Assembly (NCBI GenBank): GCA_965248435.1
Contig: OZ252100.1
Span: forward strand, 1,344,001-1,408,000
From: Candidatus Latescibacterota bacterium
Lineage (GTDB): Bacteria; Latescibacterota; UBA2968; GCA-2709665
Direction: 5' to 3'
Length of the DNA stretch: 64,000 bases
In this document: positions 61,981 through 64,000 of the stretch, piece after piece
How positions within the stretch are numbered: the stretch's first letter is position 1
Layout of the letters: the number at the start of each line of letters is the position of its first letter
The notes under the pieces: model-generated
What the model saw: the letters and a program-made list of their open reading frames with translations, nothing else
Database searches by the model: none
Told to the model about the DNA's origin: nothing
Program-made: the position numbers and the translations under genes

Positions 61981-62631
61981 ATGATCAAAGCCCTCATCTT
62001 CGACTTCGACGGCCTGATCCTGGACACTGAAGTCCCAGCCTACGAGGCCTGGAAAAAAATCTATCGTTCATACGGTTTCGATCTGGACGTATCCACCTGG
62101 GTCTCGTGCATCGGGACGAGTGGAGGGTTCGACCCGTACGAGGATCTTCCGAGACGGGTCGGTCGATCGATCGATCAGGGCGAGATCTCAGAGAAGCGCC
62201 AGAAGCTGAGCGCGCTGATGATCGATGGCCAGCCTTTGTTACCCGGCGTAGAGGACAGGATCGAGGAAGCCAAGCGCCTGGGGTTGAAACTCGGCGTGGC
62301 GTCCAACTCCACCGACGAGTGGGTCACAGGACATCTGGATCGATTGGGCCTGGAACACCACTTCGACGCCTTCTCTTTCAGGAACTGGGTTGAGAATCCA
62401 AAACCACACCCCGATATCTATGAGGCGATCATGGACAAACTCGAGATCCACGGCGATCAAGGCCTCGCGCTCGAGGACTCGCCGAACGGGATCCTGTCGG
62501 CCAAGAGGGCAGGGTTGTTCTGCGTCGCCGTCCCCAATCCACTCACGAAGGGGCTGGACCTGAGTAAAGCCGACTTGATGCTGGACTCGCTGGCAGACCT
62601 CTCCCTTGAGAAAAGTCTGGAGAAATTCTGA
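61981..62631 (+). CDS. HAD family phosphatase (beta-PGM/CbbY-like)
   Basis: IFDFDGLILDTE, VASNS, KPHPD.Y, EDS.NG..SA..AG. Confidence 0.93.
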   Translation: MIKALIFDFDGLILDTEVPAYEAWKKIYRSYGFDLDVSTWVSCIGTSGGFDPYEDLPRRVGRSIDQGEISEKRQKLSALMIDGQPLLPGVEDRIEEAKRLGLKLGVASNSTDEWVTGHLDRLGLEHHFDAFSFRNWVENPKPHPDIYEAIMDKLEIHGDQGLALEDSPNGILSAKRAGLFCVAVPNPLTKGLDLSKADLMLDSLADLSLEKSLEKF

Positions 62632-62679
62632 TTCAGGCTTCCCTGCACAGGTCGCAGCTGCAAGTTCGCATTTCTGATC

Positions 62680-62708
62680 TTGACAGTGATGGGCCTCTCG
62701 TTTATCTT
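62680..62708 (+). promoter_or_regulatory. Sigma70-type promoter of a small transcript
   Basis: TTGACA (62680-62685), 17 nt, TATCTT (62703-62708). Confidence 0.6.
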
Positions 62709-62742
62709 CCGACCCGTTCAAGATCCCTATATAGAGGCAACG

Positions 62743-62904
62743 ATGACGACAGTATTGCTTAAAGAGAAATTGGTTGTTTTCAATCCGCGGACGTCCCAGG
62801 CCCTTAACGGGGCGACGTGTGCTCTGTCTGGTAACCACGCCCACGATCATATCACCGGGACCTCGGGTTCTCGACCGCTGGCGGTGGGTATATTGAGGAT
62901 GTGA
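62743..62904 (+). CDS. Putative 53-aa small protein or leader peptide
   Basis: SD-like AGAGG then ATG; lies between a promoter and a terminator; no family recognised. Confidence 0.35.
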   Translation: MTTVLLKEKLVVFNPRTSQALNGATCALSGNHAHDHITGTSGSRPLAVGILRM

Positions 62905-62931
62905 ATCAACCTTTAGATCTTGTCTCAATTG

Positions 62932-62963
62932 CCCGCTGCCGAGTGTTCGGCAGCGGGTTTTTT
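62932..62963 (+). terminator. Intrinsic terminator
   Basis: CCCGCTGCCGA-GTGT-TCGGCAGCGGG followed by T6. Confidence 0.85.
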
Positions 62964-63026
62964 CATTACGAAAGACACGGCGACGGTCGACATGGAAAAC
63001 AAATCCCCCCTGCCCCCCTTTGTAAA

Positions 63027-64000
63027 GGTTCTTCGTCAAATGTTGGGGTAGAAAATAGACGAGACAACGGCATCCGACCTATCTTCAGAGTATCCTCTAT
63101 AAACCTGAAGGTAGAAAGGAGAGCGCGTTGTCTCAGGTGCAAAGTATATCCTTACTGGGTAGGTGGCAAGGGTTTGTGGTAGTTGGCATTCAACGTCAGG
63201 AAGCAGACGTTGTTGGAGTCGAGTTACGTCCCAAGACAGGCCGCCTTCCTCGGTGTGGTGGTTGCGGGAAGAAGGCGTACCGGGTTCATGATTGGGCAGT
63301 GCGATTTGCTCAGGATTTGCCGATCTGGGGGTCTCGAACCAGGCTGATCGTGCACTCCCGGCGCGTCCTATGTCCCCGATGTGGCTGCCGGACGGAGCAG
63401 ATTGACTGGCTGGATCGGTATTCACGGGTCACTCAACGCCTGGCTGAAAGTGTTGTTCGATTGTGCGAAGTCCTGCCCATCCAGCACGTGGCACAGCACT
63501 ATGGGATGAGCTGGAATACCGTGAAGCGCATTCACAAGACCCATCTCCAGCAAGAGCTGGAACCGCCGGATTTTGCCAGGGTCACGGTGATCGGCATGGA
63601 CGAATTTGCGATCCAAAAGGGCCATCGCTACGCCACAGTGATTGTTGACATGGAGACCAAGCGTGTCCTATGGGTGGGTCGCGGCCGAAGTCGAGAGGAC
63701 ATCCGCCCGTTTTTCCACCTCCTTGGAGAAGAAGGCTGCAAGCAACTTGAGGCCGTGGCGATGGACATGAACGGTGCCTACGAAGAGGAGGTGCGATCCC
63801 ATTGTCCGGATGTGGACATCATCTATGACCTGTATCACGTTAAAGCCAAGTACAACCGCGACGTCGTCGAGCGAGTACGCATCGACGAACTGGGTCGGGT
63901 GCGCGGTGGCCGACCCGATCGCAAAGTGACTCAGAACCAACGGTGGTTGCTCCTGCGCAGCAAAGCAAATGTCACGAGCAAAGAAGACAGAGTGTCGCTA
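63027..64000 (+). mobile_element. ISL3 family insertion sequence, left part
   Basis: Candidate left IR GGTTCTTCGTCAAATG preceded by the AT-rich 8-mer TTTGTAAA; transposase follows. Confidence 0.85.
63128..64000 (+). CDS. ISL3 family transposase, 3' end beyond window edge
   Basis: Manually translated from TTG after GAAAGGAG: zinc finger CGGCG...CPRCG, W.TVKRI, IGMDEFA..KGHRY.TV..D, VAMDM..AY, YDLYH. Confidence 0.93.
   Translation, partial: MSQVQSISLLGRWQGFVVVGIQRQEADVVGVELRPKTGRLPRCGGCGKKAYRVHDWAVRFAQDLPIWGSRTRLIVHSRRVLCPRCGCRTEQIDWLDRYSRVTQRLAESVVRLCEVLPIQHVAQHYGMSWNTVKRIHKTHLQQELEPPDFARVTVIGMDEFAIQKGHRYATVIVDMETKRVLWVGRGRSREDIRPFFHLLGEEGCKQLEAVAMDMNGAYEEEVRSHCPDVDIIYDLYHVKAKYNRDVVERVRIDELGRVRGGRPDRKVTQNQRWLLLRSKANVTSKEDRVSL

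Overview
GC-rich bacterial chromosomal window, mostly housekeeping; the lineage cannot be fixed by eye. 1-20.6 kb is a long minus-strand run: AI-2E transporter, cNMP-binding protein, recO, ftsB, interleaved his/pro/aro/ilvE genes, rsmA, tatD, metG, holB, rimI, tsaB, ruvCAB, yebC, a tlyA-like gene and an EF-G paralog. A complete minus-strand rRNA operon follows (16S, tRNA-Ile, tRNA-Ala, 23S, 5S). Next come hemL, tRNA-Arg(UCG), uvrA, rmlB/C, a CaCA antiporter, an MBL hydrolase, a MEMO1-family gene and a single-ORF Lnt-TatC fusion. The rest holds a bioF-like gene, trmJ, a ferredoxin-HTH gene, a RAYT remnant, a TPP enzyme, a K+ channel, a DUF2161-like gene, a B12 radical SAM enzyme, a UroD-family remnant, an MFS transporter, an aldo/keto reductase, a TetR-controlled RND pump, nadA, an M20 amidohydrolase, an orphan mraY, a HAD phosphatase and an ISL3 element cut by the window edge. 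The strongest lead is the Lnt-TatC fusion. Others are an Ig-like insert in the AI-2E transporter, a BioF homolog lacking its PLP lysine, the 2Fe-2S/HTH fusion, two candidate attenuator leaders and a set of short-period palindromic intergenic repeats. All calls come from motif recognition by eye; no searches were run.
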